64,000 bases of DNA from an uncultured Candidatus Saccharibacteria bacterium (lineage in GTDB: Bacteria; Patescibacteriota; Saccharimonadia; Saccharimonadales; JACDBH01): assembly GCA_964644965.1 (NCBI GenBank), contig CAZXYN010000001.1, positions 221,556-285,555 of the forward strand, in the 5' to 3' direction. The position numbers and the translations under genes were made by a program. The notes beneath the pieces were generated by a model that saw only the letters and a list, made by a program, of their open reading frames with translations, searched no databases and had not been told where the DNA came from. This document shows positions 10,884 through 20,521 of this stretch, piece after piece. Position 1 is the first letter of the stretch. Each line of letters starts with the position of its first letter.

Positions 10884-11005
10884 ATACTATACTTCTCCCA
10901 CTCCGCTGGTTATTGCTCTAGAATCAAGAAAACAGAGATCAGGAAGTAGAGAAGCTGCAGCTGAGCCCATTCCGCCTTCCGTCTTCTGCCTTCTATATTC
11001 CATCC

Positions 11006-12559
11006 CTATTCCTTCTCCGTAGGTTTATAGCTATCAGCAACCTGATTAGCAAGTTTTAGGATTGTCTCGCGGTCTTTGTCATCAGGTTCGTTGCCGGCGT
11101 CAATATGCTCCAGAACTTTTTTGTGTTTGTTCTTGAATTCGCGGAGCAGAGCAGCCTCGGCTGTCTTGATCTTGGATACTTCAACCTTGTCGAATGCACC
11201 ACTGGTAGCTGCAAGCAACATGACGTACATCTGCCAGGTGGCATACGGGCTAAATTGTGGCTGTTTGAGCAGCTCAGTTAGGCGAGTTCCACGCTCAATA
11301 CGCTGCTTAGTGTCAGCATCGAGGTCGGTACTAAACTGGCTAAAGCTCGCTAGCTCGCGGAACTGCGCCAGATCAACACGAAGTGATTTAGCCACTGACT
11401 TGACAGCTTTTGTCTGAGCCGAACCACCCACGCGTGAAACTGATAGACCAACTGACACGGCCGGGCGAATACCTTGGTAGAACAGGTTAGTTTCCATGAA
11501 AATCTGACCGTCGGTGATAGAAATCACGTTGGTCGGAATATAGGCAGAGATGTCTCCAGCCTGAGTTTCGATAATCGGCAGGGCAGTCAATGAGCCAGCA
11601 CCAAGGTCGTCACTGAGCTTTGCAGCACGCTCTAGCAATCTAGAGTGCAAGTAGAAGACATCACCTGGGTAGGCTTCGCGTCCTGGTGGACGGCGGAGAA
11701 GCAAACTCATTTGCCGATAAGCTGCAGCATGCTTAGAAAGATCATCGTAGATAATCAGTGCGTGCTGTTTGTTGTCGCGGAAATATTCACCCATGGCACA
11801 GCCAGCGTAAGGAGCTAGGTACTGCAGCGGGGCAGGGTCGGCAGCAGAAGTTGCGACGACGATAGACTGCTCCATAACACCTTCGCGCTTTAGTCGTTCG
11901 ACAAGACGAGCAATTTTGCTCATCTTTTGACCAACAGCCACGTAGATGTTAATCACACCGGTATTTTGCTGATGCTGGTTGATCATCGTGTCGACAGCCA
12001 CGGCAGTCTTACCGGTCTGACGGTCGCCGATGATCAGCTCACGCTGGCCACGGCCGATTGGCACCATGGAGTCAATGGCAATGATTCCAGTCATTAATGG
12101 TTCATGAACAGACTTACGAGCCAGCACACCTGGGGCGATTCGTTCTGCCGGCGAGACTTGGGTAGACTTAATTGCGCCTTTGCCGTCTAGTGGACGACCA
12201 AGCGGATCAACCACGCGGCCGACTAGTTCAGGTCCAACTGGCACTTCTACGACACGACCAGTTCGGTGAGCCTTGGCACCAGCCTTCACTTGAGTGTCTT
12301 CGCCGAGCAACACAGCGCCAATTTCTTCTTGCCCCAGGTTGAACGCGAACGCAGTCACTGGACTACCATCGGTAGACTCCAGCTCGACCATTTCGTTATA
12401 ACCAACTGATGTTAGTCCATAAATCCAAATAACACCGTCACCAACGCGGGTAACAACGCCTGTTTCTTCGATTTCTGGACGTTTTTTGAGCTCGGCAATC
12501 GCCGTTCGAATATCGGCCGAGAGCTCTGCAATAGATACGTCTTTCATATTTGTTGCCAT
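11006..12559 (-). CDS. atpA: F1 ATP synthase alpha subunit
   Basis: P-loop GDRQTGKTA; alpha-subunit pattern along the full 517 aa. Confidence 0.95.
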   Translation of the reverse strand: MATNMKDVSIAELSADIRTAIAELKKRPEIEETGVVTRVGDGVIWIYGLTSVGYNEMVELESTDGSPVTAFAFNLGQEEIGAVLLGEDTQVKAGAKAHRTGRVVEVPVGPELVGRVVDPLGRPLDGKGAIKSTQVSPAERIAPGVLARKSVHEPLMTGIIAIDSMVPIGRGQRELIIGDRQTGKTAVAVDTMINQHQQNTGVINIYVAVGQKMSKIARLVERLKREGVMEQSIVVATSAADPAPLQYLAPYAGCAMGEYFRDNKQHALIIYDDLSKHAAAYRQMSLLLRRPPGREAYPGDVFYLHSRLLERAAKLSDDLGAGSLTALPIIETQAGDISAYIPTNVISITDGQIFMETNLFYQGIRPAVSVGLSVSRVGGSAQTKAVKSVAKSLRVDLAQFRELASFSQFSTDLDADTKQRIERGTRLTELLKQPQFSPYATWQMYVMLLAATSGAFDKVEVSKIKTAEAALLREFKNKHKKVLEHIDAGNEPDDKDRETILKLANQVADSYKPTEKE

Positions 12560-12562
12560 GAA

Positions 12563-12970
12563 TTAATTCCTTTCCTCTGCGACCAGCCTTTTAAACAAAT
12601 TCAATTTTGACTTTACTGATAAATCCAAGTTTTCCTGAGGTAATTCGATACGCACACCGCCAACAATCGACTCATCAATTCGTTGATCAACCAAAATCGT
12701 TTTTGCGTCAGGGAAATGCTCTTTTAGCAGTTCACGGATGTCGTTCAGAGCTGTGCTGTTCAGCGGGTGAGCGCTAACCGCTACTGCCTCGACAATGCCG
12801 CGGTCCTGACGATACTGCATAACGTCGCGAACCAACGAATTGAGGTCGATGTTTAGGTGTTCGGTCGAAAGATATGCAGCCACACGCGCCACTAGGTCAT
12901 CTGTATTCTGAATATGAAGAGTTTTCTCTCCAATAACTTCAGCCAACTGTTTGCGCGTGATGGTCTGCAT
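12563..12970 (-). CDS. atpH: F1 ATP synthase delta (OSCP) subunit, short form
   Basis: Operon position between atpF and atpA; C-terminal IDESIVGGVRIELPQENLDLSVKSKL resembles OSCP; 135 aa is shorter than the usual ~180. Confidence 0.65.
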   Translation of the reverse strand: MQTITRKQLAEVIGEKTLHIQNTDDLVARVAAYLSTEHLNIDLNSLVRDVMQYRQDRGIVEAVAVSAHPLNSTALNDIRELLKEHFPDAKTILVDQRIDESIVGGVRIELPQENLDLSVKSKLNLFKRLVAEERN

Positions 12971-13503
12971 TATTTCTTGCGGCCTTTCTTGATTGCTTTG
13001 TCGATTAGATCTGCATCCTTTTGGGAATCAACCTTTTCTTCGACTATAGTCTCGGTTACTTCCGAAACGAGCTCCGCAACTTCGCGTTCGAGTCGGCGCT
13101 TGGCCTGCTCGGCTTCTTCGTCAATACGAGCTTCTGCATCTTTGAGCATGATTTCTGATTTGGTGTGAGCAGCTTTTTCGGCGTCACGTACGATTTCGCG
13201 AGCTTCTTTCTGTGCGTCTCCGATGATCGCATCGGCCTGATGGCGAGCTTCGCGGGCAATCTTAGAGGTTTCGTTTTCAAACTTCTCGCGCTCGCGCTGC
13301 ATTTGCTGACCATGTCGCACACCTTCTTCTATCACCTTGTGGCGCTTGTCTAGAAGGGTAACGATCTTGTCAAAAGCAAATTTTTTCAGCAGTAAGAACA
13401 CCAGAATGAAGGTGATTATCTGAATAATCAGCGCTTGCAAACTAAAGCCCAGGATTCCAGACTCTTCTGCTGATTCAGCTGCTGCTAAATAAATTGGTAG
13501 CAT
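12970..13503 (-). CDS. atpF: F0 ATP synthase subunit b
   Basis: Single N-terminal TM segment followed by a long charged coiled-coil-like region; operon position. Confidence 0.8.
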   Translation of the reverse strand: MLPIYLAAAESAEESGILGFSLQALIIQIITFILVFLLLKKFAFDKIVTLLDKRHKVIEEGVRHGQQMQREREKFENETSKIAREARHQADAIIGDAQKEAREIVRDAEKAAHTKSEIMLKDAEARIDEEAEQAKRRLEREVAELVSEVTETIVEEKVDSQKDADLIDKAIKKGRKK

Positions 13504-13524
13504 TCTAACGTGTAGTTCCTTTTA

Positions 13525-13731
13525 TTAAATAATGAAGAGTGATGCAAAAACGAGCAAGGCCATCAATTCGACGATAGCGATGATCACGAAAACCTGACCA
13601 AAATACTTGGCGGCTTCTGGGTTACGTCCAACAGCATTCATGAAAGCTGAGCCGATTAGACCAATACCGATTGCTGGGCCAAGCATACCGAAGCCCATCA
13701 TAATACCTTTGGCTAGTACTTCTGTGTCCAT
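13525..13731 (-). CDS. atpE: F0 ATP synthase subunit c
   Basis: 68-aa hairpin protein; Gly-rich helix 1 (GPAIGIGLIG), loop GRNPE, carboxylate in IAIVELMALLVF. Confidence 0.85.
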   Translation of the reverse strand: MDTEVLAKGIMMGFGMLGPAIGIGLIGSAFMNAVGRNPEAAKYFGQVFVIIAIVELMALLVFASLFII

Positions 13732-13779
13732 TTGTTATTTCTCCTTACGTTCTTGTTACTAACTTAATTTTATCTACCA

Positions 13780-14613
13780 TCAAGCTGCCTCAGCACTGGC
13801 TGCTTTGGCAAGCTCATAACGCTCCATTTCTTCGGCGTCATGATCATGTTTGATAGCAGCGGACAGGTACATAATAGTAAGCATGGTGAAAATATAGGCT
13901 TGCAGCGCGCCGACAAACAGCTCGAGCATAATGAACGGCAAAGCTGTGATTGGAGCCGCAAAGCTTCCTAGGTAGGTAAAAATTGAGATGATAATCTCGC
14001 CAATAGCAACGTTTAAGAATAGTCGAAGCGCAAGGCTACCGATACGAGTCAATTCAGAAAACAGCTCAAATATACCTAGCAGGTACGTAGCTGGATTCTT
14101 GAGGCTACCAGCAAAATAGTGTCGAGTATGCTTCCTGATGCCAGATTCCTTGATTGCAAAGTATTGAACCAAAAACATCATGACGATACTGGCAGCTAGC
14201 GTTCCGTTGAGATCGGCTGTGAACGGACGCAGGACAGGATTGTCGTTGAATGTCAGCGCTTCGCCAACACCAGGTACCAGCCCCAGCCAGTTAGAGAACA
14301 TCACAAAGAAGAACGCCGTAGCAAAATACGGCGCGTATTTGATGGCTTTTTTGCGCGAGCCCATAGAGTTCTGAATAGTGCTGATGATGAACTCTGTGCC
14401 TATCTCTACCAACTGGATTAGCCCGCGGCGAGGGCTGATTGTCATCTTGCGAGCCACGACAACAAGCGTAATGATGATAATTATCGATGAAATCAAACCA
14501 TAAAGCATCGAGTTAGTGATTGATAACCCGCCAATGGTAAATAACTCACTGGGAGTGATATGGATTGCGGGACCACTGTCTTCAGCAGCGAAAAACTTTA
14601 GCGCACTAAGCAT
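13780..14613 (-). CDS. atpB: F0 ATP synthase subunit a
   Basis: Polytopic; conserved Arg helix LALRLFLNVAIGEII; operon position. Confidence 0.9.
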   Translation of the reverse strand: MLSALKFFAAEDSGPAIHITPSELFTIGGLSITNSMLYGLISSIIIIITLVVVARKMTISPRRGLIQLVEIGTEFIISTIQNSMGSRKKAIKYAPYFATAFFFVMFSNWLGLVPGVGEALTFNDNPVLRPFTADLNGTLAASIVMMFLVQYFAIKESGIRKHTRHYFAGSLKNPATYLLGIFELFSELTRIGSLALRLFLNVAIGEIIISIFTYLGSFAAPITALPFIMLELFVGALQAYIFTMLTIMYLSAAIKHDHDAEEMERYELAKAASAEAA

Positions 14614-14950
14614 TATTCATCCTCTTTCGTTTTTTTGTACGTTTTGCCTGACGAGCATCTTCAATTGCTTGTTGAGCGTTTATTTCTGAATAAGTGTTAT
14701 AGATGAGTACCCCGGCTCCGAAAATAGCAACAAAGAAAGCTGCTAGTGTCAATGAGGGTGATGAGTCAAAACGTTTGTCTAGCTGCACACCGATGAAAAT
14801 CGGGACTAGCACCATCAGTGCAAGTCGCCAACCCATACCAACAAGACCACCCATCAACATACTACGGGCATCAATAGCAGTAAGCTGATCCAAAACCGGA
14901 TCACCCTTGTACTTCGTCGTCGTGCGCTTGCGTGCGGCGGCTTTACCCAT
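14606..14950 (-). CDS. AtpZ/AtpI-like small membrane protein at the head of the atp operon
   Basis: Two TM segments (GGLVGMGWRLALMVLVPIFIGV, LAAFFVAIFGAGVLIY); 8-nt overlap with atpB; start moved to the MGKAAARKR ATG (14948-14950). Confidence 0.55.
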   Translation of the reverse strand: MGKAAARKRTTTKYKGDPVLDQLTAIDARSMLMGGLVGMGWRLALMVLVPIFIGVQLDKRFDSSPSLTLAAFFVAIFGAGVLIYNTYSEINAQQAIEDARQAKRTKKRKRMNNA

Positions 14951-14960
14951 ACTTTGCCTC

Positions 14961-14990
14961 ACTATAACAGATTGGGGGTAGGTTACACAA
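14961..14990 (-). promoter_or_regulatory. candidate atp operon promoter
   Basis: Minus strand reads TTGTGT (14985-14990), 18-nt spacer, TATAGT (14961-14966) with TGT extension; 10 nt to the ATG. Confidence 0.45.
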
Positions 14991-15053
14991 TACTCTGAAA
15001 CATAATTCTTTTTACCCTAAAAACATAACCGTAGAAGTGGTATAATACCTAAC

Positions 15054-15242
15054 ATGATGAATTTATTTTCACACCAGGGAGTAAACCACCAAACCAATCT
15101 AGAAGCAGCCGGACACATCTTGACCAGCTCTATTCTAATGTGGGCCGCAATCGGTTTGTTGTTAGGGTCAATGCTTATTATTGGTCGTCGAATTAATGCA
15201 GTTGAACGTATAAAATCATCCATAAAACGAAAGGATTCCTGA
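15054..15242 (+). CDS. hypothetical small single-TM protein
   Basis: 62 aa with TM segment ILTSSILMWAAIGLLLGSMLII; TATAAT 15041-15046 lies 7 nt before the ATG; ends 4 nt before the next gene. Confidence 0.4.
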   Translation: MMNLFSHQGVNHQTNLEAAGHILTSSILMWAAIGLLLGSMLIIGRRINAVERIKSSIKRKDS

Positions 15243-15246
15243 ATTT

Positions 15247-15486
15247 ATGATTACCGTATATAGCGCGACCTGGTGTGCATTTTGCCATGCAGCAATGGAA
15301 TATCTTGATAAACTCAACGTCAAATACGAAGTAAAGGACATTGAGGCCGATCGCGCCAACGCCGAAGAAGCTGTCGAAAAATCAGGTCAAATGGGCATAC
15401 CAGTAATTGATATCAAAGGCGATATTGTTGTAGGTTTTGACCGTCCAAAAATAGACGCTGCACTCAAAACCCACAACTTGGTATAA
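15247..15486 (+). CDS. glutaredoxin/NrdH-like thioredoxin-fold protein
   Basis: 79 aa; CxxC motif in TVYSATWCAFCHAA; C-terminal GIPVIDIKGDIVVGFD is typical of Grx-like proteins. Confidence 0.8.
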   Translation: MITVYSATWCAFCHAAMEYLDKLNVKYEVKDIEADRANAEEAVEKSGQMGIPVIDIKGDIVVGFDRPKIDAALKTHNLV

Positions 15487-15518
15487 CCGACCCCTTGACT
15501 AACGGCGTGCGAAATATC

Positions 15519-15543
15519 ACAGCTTTTTTTGCTGTTTTGTTTT
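15519..15543 (+). terminator. weak intrinsic terminator
   Basis: ACAGC-TTTTTTT-GCTGT followed by TTTGTTTT. Confidence 0.4.
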
Positions 15544-15554
15544 AAATTTTTAGT

Positions 15555-15986
15555 ATGCGTGGCGGAGGACACTCAAACTATATTCATGACGACGTAAAGC
15601 GTGAACGGTGGGCGCGCGAGCTTGCGGAGCGTCAAGATATCCAGCCTGATGAGTTACTGGGGTATTTTCGCAATGAGTGGATTCGCGCCGTCGATCTACA
15701 TCAACGTCGACTTGGAGCTATTTCTTTAGCAAAGCTGATAGAACAGCCGTTTTCTAGACCAAAAGACGAAGAAGACTCACGGCTCATGAAACTTGCCGGT
15801 AATAACTCGGCGATGTATGGGGACGACATTGAAGATGCTATTTACGAAGACCCTTTGATGGACAGACTCATCGAAATGCGACAACAGCACACAGGCGATG
15901 AAGATTACTCTCATCTCATGCGTGCGCGGCGAACAGTTATTGCATACATGCTTCACGCCGCAGCCGAAGATCATTCTGCAGCCTAA
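15555..15986 (+). CDS. hypothetical acidic protein
   Basis: 143-aa ORF; no motif recognised. Confidence 0.5.
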   Translation: MRGGGHSNYIHDDVKRERWARELAERQDIQPDELLGYFRNEWIRAVDLHQRRLGAISLAKLIEQPFSRPKDEEDSRLMKLAGNNSAMYGDDIEDAIYEDPLMDRLIEMRQQHTGDEDYSHLMRARRTVIAYMLHAAAEDHSAA

Positions 15987-16009
15987 ATACTGTTATACTT
16001 TGCTTACCT

Positions 16010-16579
16010 ATGGCGTTTGAGGATTATAAAACCAAAAAATCGGTTGTAGTTGTCTACACCGGAGAGGGCAAGGGCAAGACCTCGGCCTCTGTTGGTCTGC
16101 TGGCACGTAGTCTCGGCGCAGGCTGGCGTGTAGCGTTTGTGCAATTTATCAAATACTGGCAGGTGAGCGAACACGATTTTATAGAAAAGATTCAGCCGCT
16201 CTACGAAGACAAACTACTTTTTTACAAGGGTGGAAAAGGCTTTTATAACGCCGGTGAGATTTCCGAAAAAGACGTCACCGAAACCGAACACAAACAAGCC
16301 GCACTAGAAACCTTCAAGGTAGCCGAGAACGCCGCTAACAGTGGCGATTATGACCTAGTCATCTGTGACGAGATAAACAACGCAGTCCACGACGGCCTGC
16401 TTACAAAGATGCAGCTAGAGAAGCTCATCGCAAATAGGTCAGAAAAAACTAGTCTGTGTCTGACGGGACGCAATTTTCCAGAAGAACTTCTTGAAAAGGC
16501 TGATATCGCAACCCACATGACCAAAATGAAGCATCACTTCGATGATAAGTTTCTGGCTAACAAGGGAATCGATTACTGA
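16010..16579 (+). CDS. cobO: cob(I)yrinic acid a,c-diamide / cob(I)alamin adenosyltransferase (CobO/BtuR type)
   Basis: VVVYTGEGKGKTSASVGLLARSLGAGWRVAFVQFIK P-loop pattern and LVICDEIN are typical of the family. Confidence 0.85.
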   Translation: MAFEDYKTKKSVVVVYTGEGKGKTSASVGLLARSLGAGWRVAFVQFIKYWQVSEHDFIEKIQPLYEDKLLFYKGGKGFYNAGEISEKDVTETEHKQAALETFKVAENAANSGDYDLVICDEINNAVHDGLLTKMQLEKLIANRSEKTSLCLTGRNFPEELLEKADIATHMTKMKHHFDDKFLANKGIDY

Positions 16580-16706
16580 TATGAATGTCCTGCTGCAGCT
16601 AGGGGAGAGCAGCCGGAGCAAGCGGATTTATTCCGCTGCCCCGCGCGATGAGAGGGGATGTTCCCCTCTCATAAGGCATAGCCGTAACAAAGGAATCGAC
16701 TACTGA
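16558..16706 (+). repeat. 22-nt direct duplication of the cobO 3' end flanking a 105-nt hairpin-rich insert
   Basis: taacaagggaatcgattactga (16558-16579) versus taacaaaggaatcgactactga (16685-16706); the 2 mismatches are both synonymous for NKGIDY-stop. Confidence 0.85.
16598..16706 (+). promoter_or_regulatory. candidate structured leader RNA upstream of TerC (possible divergent yybP-ykoY/Mn riboswitch)
   Basis: GGGGAGAGCAGCC (16602-16614) resembles the GGGGAGUAGC core; hairpins at 16621-16637 and 16648-16672 (11 bp); a TerC gene lies downstream. Confidence 0.25.
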
Positions 16707-16710
16707 CCAG

Positions 16711-16827
16711 AATTTTCAAACGTACCAATTTACAATTTTCAATGACTCAATCATTAAAAATGTTGAATTTTTGAGCCATTGGCACATTGAATCTTGATTG
16801 AAAATTGATAATTGCAAATTGAAAATT
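16711..16827. promoter_or_regulatory. array of four exact TTGAAAATT 9-mers (two inverted, two direct) upstream of TerC
   Basis: AATTTTCAA at 16711 and 16734; TTGAAAATT at 16798 and 16819; spacings of 23 and 21 nt; background is AT-rich. Confidence 0.35.
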
Positions 16828-16844
16828 ATATACTTAAACCAATA

Positions 16845-17846
16845 ATGTACTTATTTGCCGACGCGACTCAAGCGCTTGAGCTCAATATCACAGTCTACTG
16901 GTGGCATTGGTTTCTACTCGGTGCTTGGTTTATGACACTGATTTTTTTAGACATTTTCGTACTACATCGTCACGATCACGTCACAAAGCTTAGGGAAGCG
17001 GTTGTCCAGAGTATCGGCTGGGTGTTGCTTGGCGTATTCTTGGGTTGGGTTATTTGGTCAACCTTCGGTTCGGAAGCTGGTGGACAGTATTTTAGTGGCT
17101 ATCTAGTAGAAAAATCACTGTCCATAGATAATGTCTTTGCCTGGTCACTAATTCTGGCGTACTTAAGGATCCCAAAAAAATACCAGCACCGCGTACTTTT
17201 CTGGGGTGTGATTGGGGCAATTATCCTCAGGACAATCTTTGTATTCGCTGGCATCGCAGTCATTGAACGGTTTGAACCAATATTGATTTTCTTTGGGCTA
17301 CTACTAATCTACAGCGCAATCAAACTACTCAAAACCAACAGAGAGCACGAGTACGACCCGCACAACAGCCGCTTTTTCCGCATAGCCAAAATGTTTATTC
17401 CGGTTAGCCACCACCTGGATGGACACAAACTTTTCACCCACGAAAACGGCAAACGGGTCGCAACTATGCTATTTATGGCACTGCTGGTGGTAGAATTCAC
17501 CGATGTTGTTTTTGCGGTGGATTCGGTACCGGCAATCCTGGCAGTATCGCGTGAGCCATTTATTATTATTGCCAGCAATGCGGCGGCAATCCTCGGTATG
17601 CGTGCATTGTATTTCGTGTTCGACAATATCAAAGAAAGCTTCTGGTTGCTCAATTACGCACTGGGACTACTACTGATGTTTGTAGGCATAAAGATGTTTA
17701 TCGCGCCGAGCGAAATCTTTGGGCATAGTTGGTTCAACCTTCACATTTCTACGAGCTGGTCACTGATAATAATTGGCGGGCTACTGACTCTTGGTATCGT
17801 TGGTTCGCTAGTTATCAAAGATCCGCGTAAGCCGAAAGCAGTCTAG
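16845..17846 (+). CDS. TerC/Alx-family integral membrane protein
   Basis: LSIDNVFAW and FAVDSVPAILAVS motifs; polytopic; start placed at ATG 16845 (track ORF begins at an alternative codon at 16812). Confidence 0.85.
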   Translation: MYLFADATQALELNITVYWWHWFLLGAWFMTLIFLDIFVLHRHDHVTKLREAVVQSIGWVLLGVFLGWVIWSTFGSEAGGQYFSGYLVEKSLSIDNVFAWSLILAYLRIPKKYQHRVLFWGVIGAIILRTIFVFAGIAVIERFEPILIFFGLLLIYSAIKLLKTNREHEYDPHNSRFFRIAKMFIPVSHHLDGHKLFTHENGKRVATMLFMALLVVEFTDVVFAVDSVPAILAVSREPFIIIASNAAAILGMRALYFVFDNIKESFWLLNYALGLLLMFVGIKMFIAPSEIFGHSWFNLHISTSWSLIIIGGLLTLGIVGSLVIKDPRKPKAV

Positions 17847-17853
17847 TAAATTT

Positions 17854-18441
17854 ATGGCCAAGTTACTAACCAAGCGTCAGCAGAAAAAACTTATCTCGAT
17901 TGCTATTTCGCTAATAATACTAGGTGTGTTTTTCGTAGGGCAACGTTATGGTTGGGTCGATCAAGTCGCTACCACCGCCAAGCAAAACCAACCTGGGATG
18001 TACAGCATAGCTAGATTTGAAGACGGTGACACTATAACCGTGGACATGAATGGAACAGCCGAGCGCATACGGTTTATTGGCGTTGATACCCCAGAGACTC
18101 ACGACCCCCGCAAGCCAGTGCAGTGCTTCGGCAAGGCCGCCAGCAAGTTCACCCGTGATCTTATTGGCGACAATCCCGTACGGCTAGAGACTGATCCTAC
18201 AAACACCAACCGCGACCGTTACAACCGACTACTGCGTTATGTGTATTTGCCAGATGGCACACTTGTAAACGCCGAAATTATCAAACAGGGCTACGGCTTT
18301 GCCTACACCAGCTTTCCGTTCACAAAATCCGAAGAATTTAGCCGCTATCAATCAGAGGCAAGACAAGCCGGCCTTGGTCTGTGGTCATTATGTGATCCAG
18401 CCCAAAATGAATACGGCGGTTATACGTCAAACCCTGAATAG
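17854..18441 (+). CDS. membrane-anchored thermonuclease (SNase-like)
   Basis: N-terminal TM segment; IRFIGVDTPE, DRYNRLLRYVYL, GYGFAYT motifs of staphylococcal-nuclease homologues. Confidence 0.85.
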   Translation: MAKLLTKRQQKKLISIAISLIILGVFFVGQRYGWVDQVATTAKQNQPGMYSIARFEDGDTITVDMNGTAERIRFIGVDTPETHDPRKPVQCFGKAASKFTRDLIGDNPVRLETDPTNTNRDRYNRLLRYVYLPDGTLVNAEIIKQGYGFAYTSFPFTKSEEFSRYQSEARQAGLGLWSLCDPAQNEYGGYTSNPE

Positions 18442-18445
18442 AATC

Positions 18446-19285
18446 CTAGGAAGCGTTTGGATTGCCGCGAGATTTGCGTGATTTCAGCACATGTCGCAGA
18501 CTATGACGGCCGCTCTCAACATCATAGGTTAGTCTCATAGGTTGCAGGGCAATATAGCCAGTCGTGTAGGCAGTAACCGCAACATAAGGTAATAGCCCTT
18601 GGCGACCGTGCAATTTGTATGTCTCGACAAACATTTTCATATAGCGGCTGAAGTCTTCGAAATTATCGTCGTAACGTCTGGCAGACACACCTCCGCACAA
18701 GCTCGGATCATAGATAATCTCATAGCCAGCTTCCTGCATGTGAATCGCAAGATCTAGGTCTTCGTGAATCCGCTTGTCATCACATACATCGGGTCGCACG
18801 ACATTCCAGACGCTTTTCCTGACGGCGCAGTTCGAGCCATACAGGAACGGAAATTGATCCATCCGCTTGTTCATAATATTGCGGAAAAAATGGTCTAGAT
18901 GACGATTGTACTCGCCTAGTGGCATATCGTAGTAAAATACTGGCCCAGTAACTGCATCAATACTGGCATCGGCAAATAGTTCTTTTACCTGCGTGACCCA
19001 GTTTGGCGGCAACAAAGTATCGGCGTCGATCCGCCCAATGATGTCACTCTTGGCGGCCGAAAAACCGGTGTTACGGGCATGAAGCACACCTTGTTTTGAT
19101 TCGTACACTACAGTAACGAACGAATAGGTCTTTGCAATCTCGACAGTATTGTCGCTAGAATTATTATCAACAACCAGCACCTCATCAGGCATAACAGTCT
19201 GCAAGCTAATCGCATCAAGACACTGTTTCAGGTGGTCTTGCTCGTTATAAACTGGTATAACTATACTAAGCGTGAGCTTTTTCAT
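18446..19285 (-). CDS. family 2 glycosyltransferase
   Basis: LSIVIPVYNEQDHLKQCLDAISLQT and VVDNNSSDNT; DAD motif in GRIDADT. Confidence 0.85.
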   Translation of the reverse strand: MKKLTLSIVIPVYNEQDHLKQCLDAISLQTVMPDEVLVVDNNSSDNTVEIAKTYSFVTVVYESKQGVLHARNTGFSAAKSDIIGRIDADTLLPPNWVTQVKELFADASIDAVTGPVFYYDMPLGEYNRHLDHFFRNIMNKRMDQFPFLYGSNCAVRKSVWNVVRPDVCDDKRIHEDLDLAIHMQEAGYEIIYDPSLCGGVSARRYDDNFEDFSRYMKMFVETYKLHGRQGLLPYVAVTAYTTGYIALQPMRLTYDVESGRHSLRHVLKSRKSRGNPNAS

Positions 19286-19305
19286 TATTATAAGAACATA
19301 CTAGC

Positions 19306-20475
19306 ATGGCAACCAAAGAAACAGCTGAGAAAAAACAACCTATCAAACATACCCCGAGTTTTAAGAAACTACCGGCAAACGCTGGTTTTTGGCAGCAGTT
19401 TTGGTACAAACAGACTGCTTGGGCAGTGCGCACCAGGTTCTGGCAGAAGTTCGGCATTGGTCTAATAGTTCTAGTTCTACTTGCAGTCGGCAGTATGTAT
19501 GGACTGGCGCAGTGGTACATCAACAAATACAAAGACACACCACTGACAGTTGGAGCGACATTTATTCCAAACTACGCTCGGTATTATGATCTAGACCCTC
19601 GAGAAACCCTAGAAGCAGTTATAGACGACCTTGGTGTCAAACAACTTCGTTTGGTTAGCTACTGGAACGACATCGAAAAAGAGCCTGGTATTTATAATTT
19701 TGACGAGCTCGACTGGCAGATGGAAATGGCCGAACAAAAGGGCGCCAAAGTTTCACTAGCCCTAGGGCTTCGTCAACCACGTTGGCCAGAGTGCCACATG
19801 CCAGCCTGGGCACAAGAAATGCCAGGCAATGGCTGGTATGATCCGCTTGAGGATTTCATTCAGGCAGTTGTCGAGCGCTACCGGCACAGCCCAGCTCTAG
19901 AGAGCTATCAACTTGAGAACGAGTTCTTCTTGAAGGCCTTTGGTATTTGCTATGATTTCAACCGCGACAGGCTAGTATCAGAATACAATTTAGTCAAACG
20001 ACTCGACCCAGCAACACCAGTCATCATCAGTATGAGTAATAACGCCATCGGTACGCCAGTCGGCGAGCCACGACCAGATGAATGGGCAATCTCGGTCTAC
20101 AAACGCGTCTGGGACACCACGATTACCCACCGCTACTTTGAGTACCCGATTCCAGCTTGGTACTATGCTTTCCGGGCTGGGTTTACCGAACTAACCAGAG
20201 ACAGGGAAGTATTTATTCACGAACTCCAGACAGAAGCTTGGCTACCGAATGGCTTTGAGATGCCAGATGCGCCAATAGACGAGCTCTACAAATCCATGAA
20301 CCCAGACCGGTTGGTTGATAGGATTGAATACGGCAAAGCCGCTGGTATGCGCTCGTTCTACCTGTGGGGAGTTGAGTGGTGGTATCAGATGAAAACTCAG
20401 CGCGATGCGCCAGAGCTGTGGGATGCCGCCAAGACTAAACTGCAAGAGATAGACGCCGAGAATAGCACGCTATAA
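19306..20475 (+). CDS. membrane-anchored putative glycoside hydrolase (clan GH-A/TIM-barrel-like)
   Basis: N-terminal TM segment; LENEFF (candidate acid/base Asn-Glu) and HELQTEAW (candidate nucleophile Glu); divergent from the GT2 gene. Confidence 0.45.
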   Translation: MATKETAEKKQPIKHTPSFKKLPANAGFWQQFWYKQTAWAVRTRFWQKFGIGLIVLVLLAVGSMYGLAQWYINKYKDTPLTVGATFIPNYARYYDLDPRETLEAVIDDLGVKQLRLVSYWNDIEKEPGIYNFDELDWQMEMAEQKGAKVSLALGLRQPRWPECHMPAWAQEMPGNGWYDPLEDFIQAVVERYRHSPALESYQLENEFFLKAFGICYDFNRDRLVSEYNLVKRLDPATPVIISMSNNAIGTPVGEPRPDEWAISVYKRVWDTTITHRYFEYPIPAWYYAFRAGFTELTRDREVFIHELQTEAWLPNGFEMPDAPIDELYKSMNPDRLVDRIEYGKAAGMRSFYLWGVEWWYQMKTQRDAPELWDAAKTKLQEIDAENSTL

Positions 20476-20521
20476 AAGAGAAATACACCTTATCTTCTCA
20501 TTGTAGCACACTTTATTGCAT

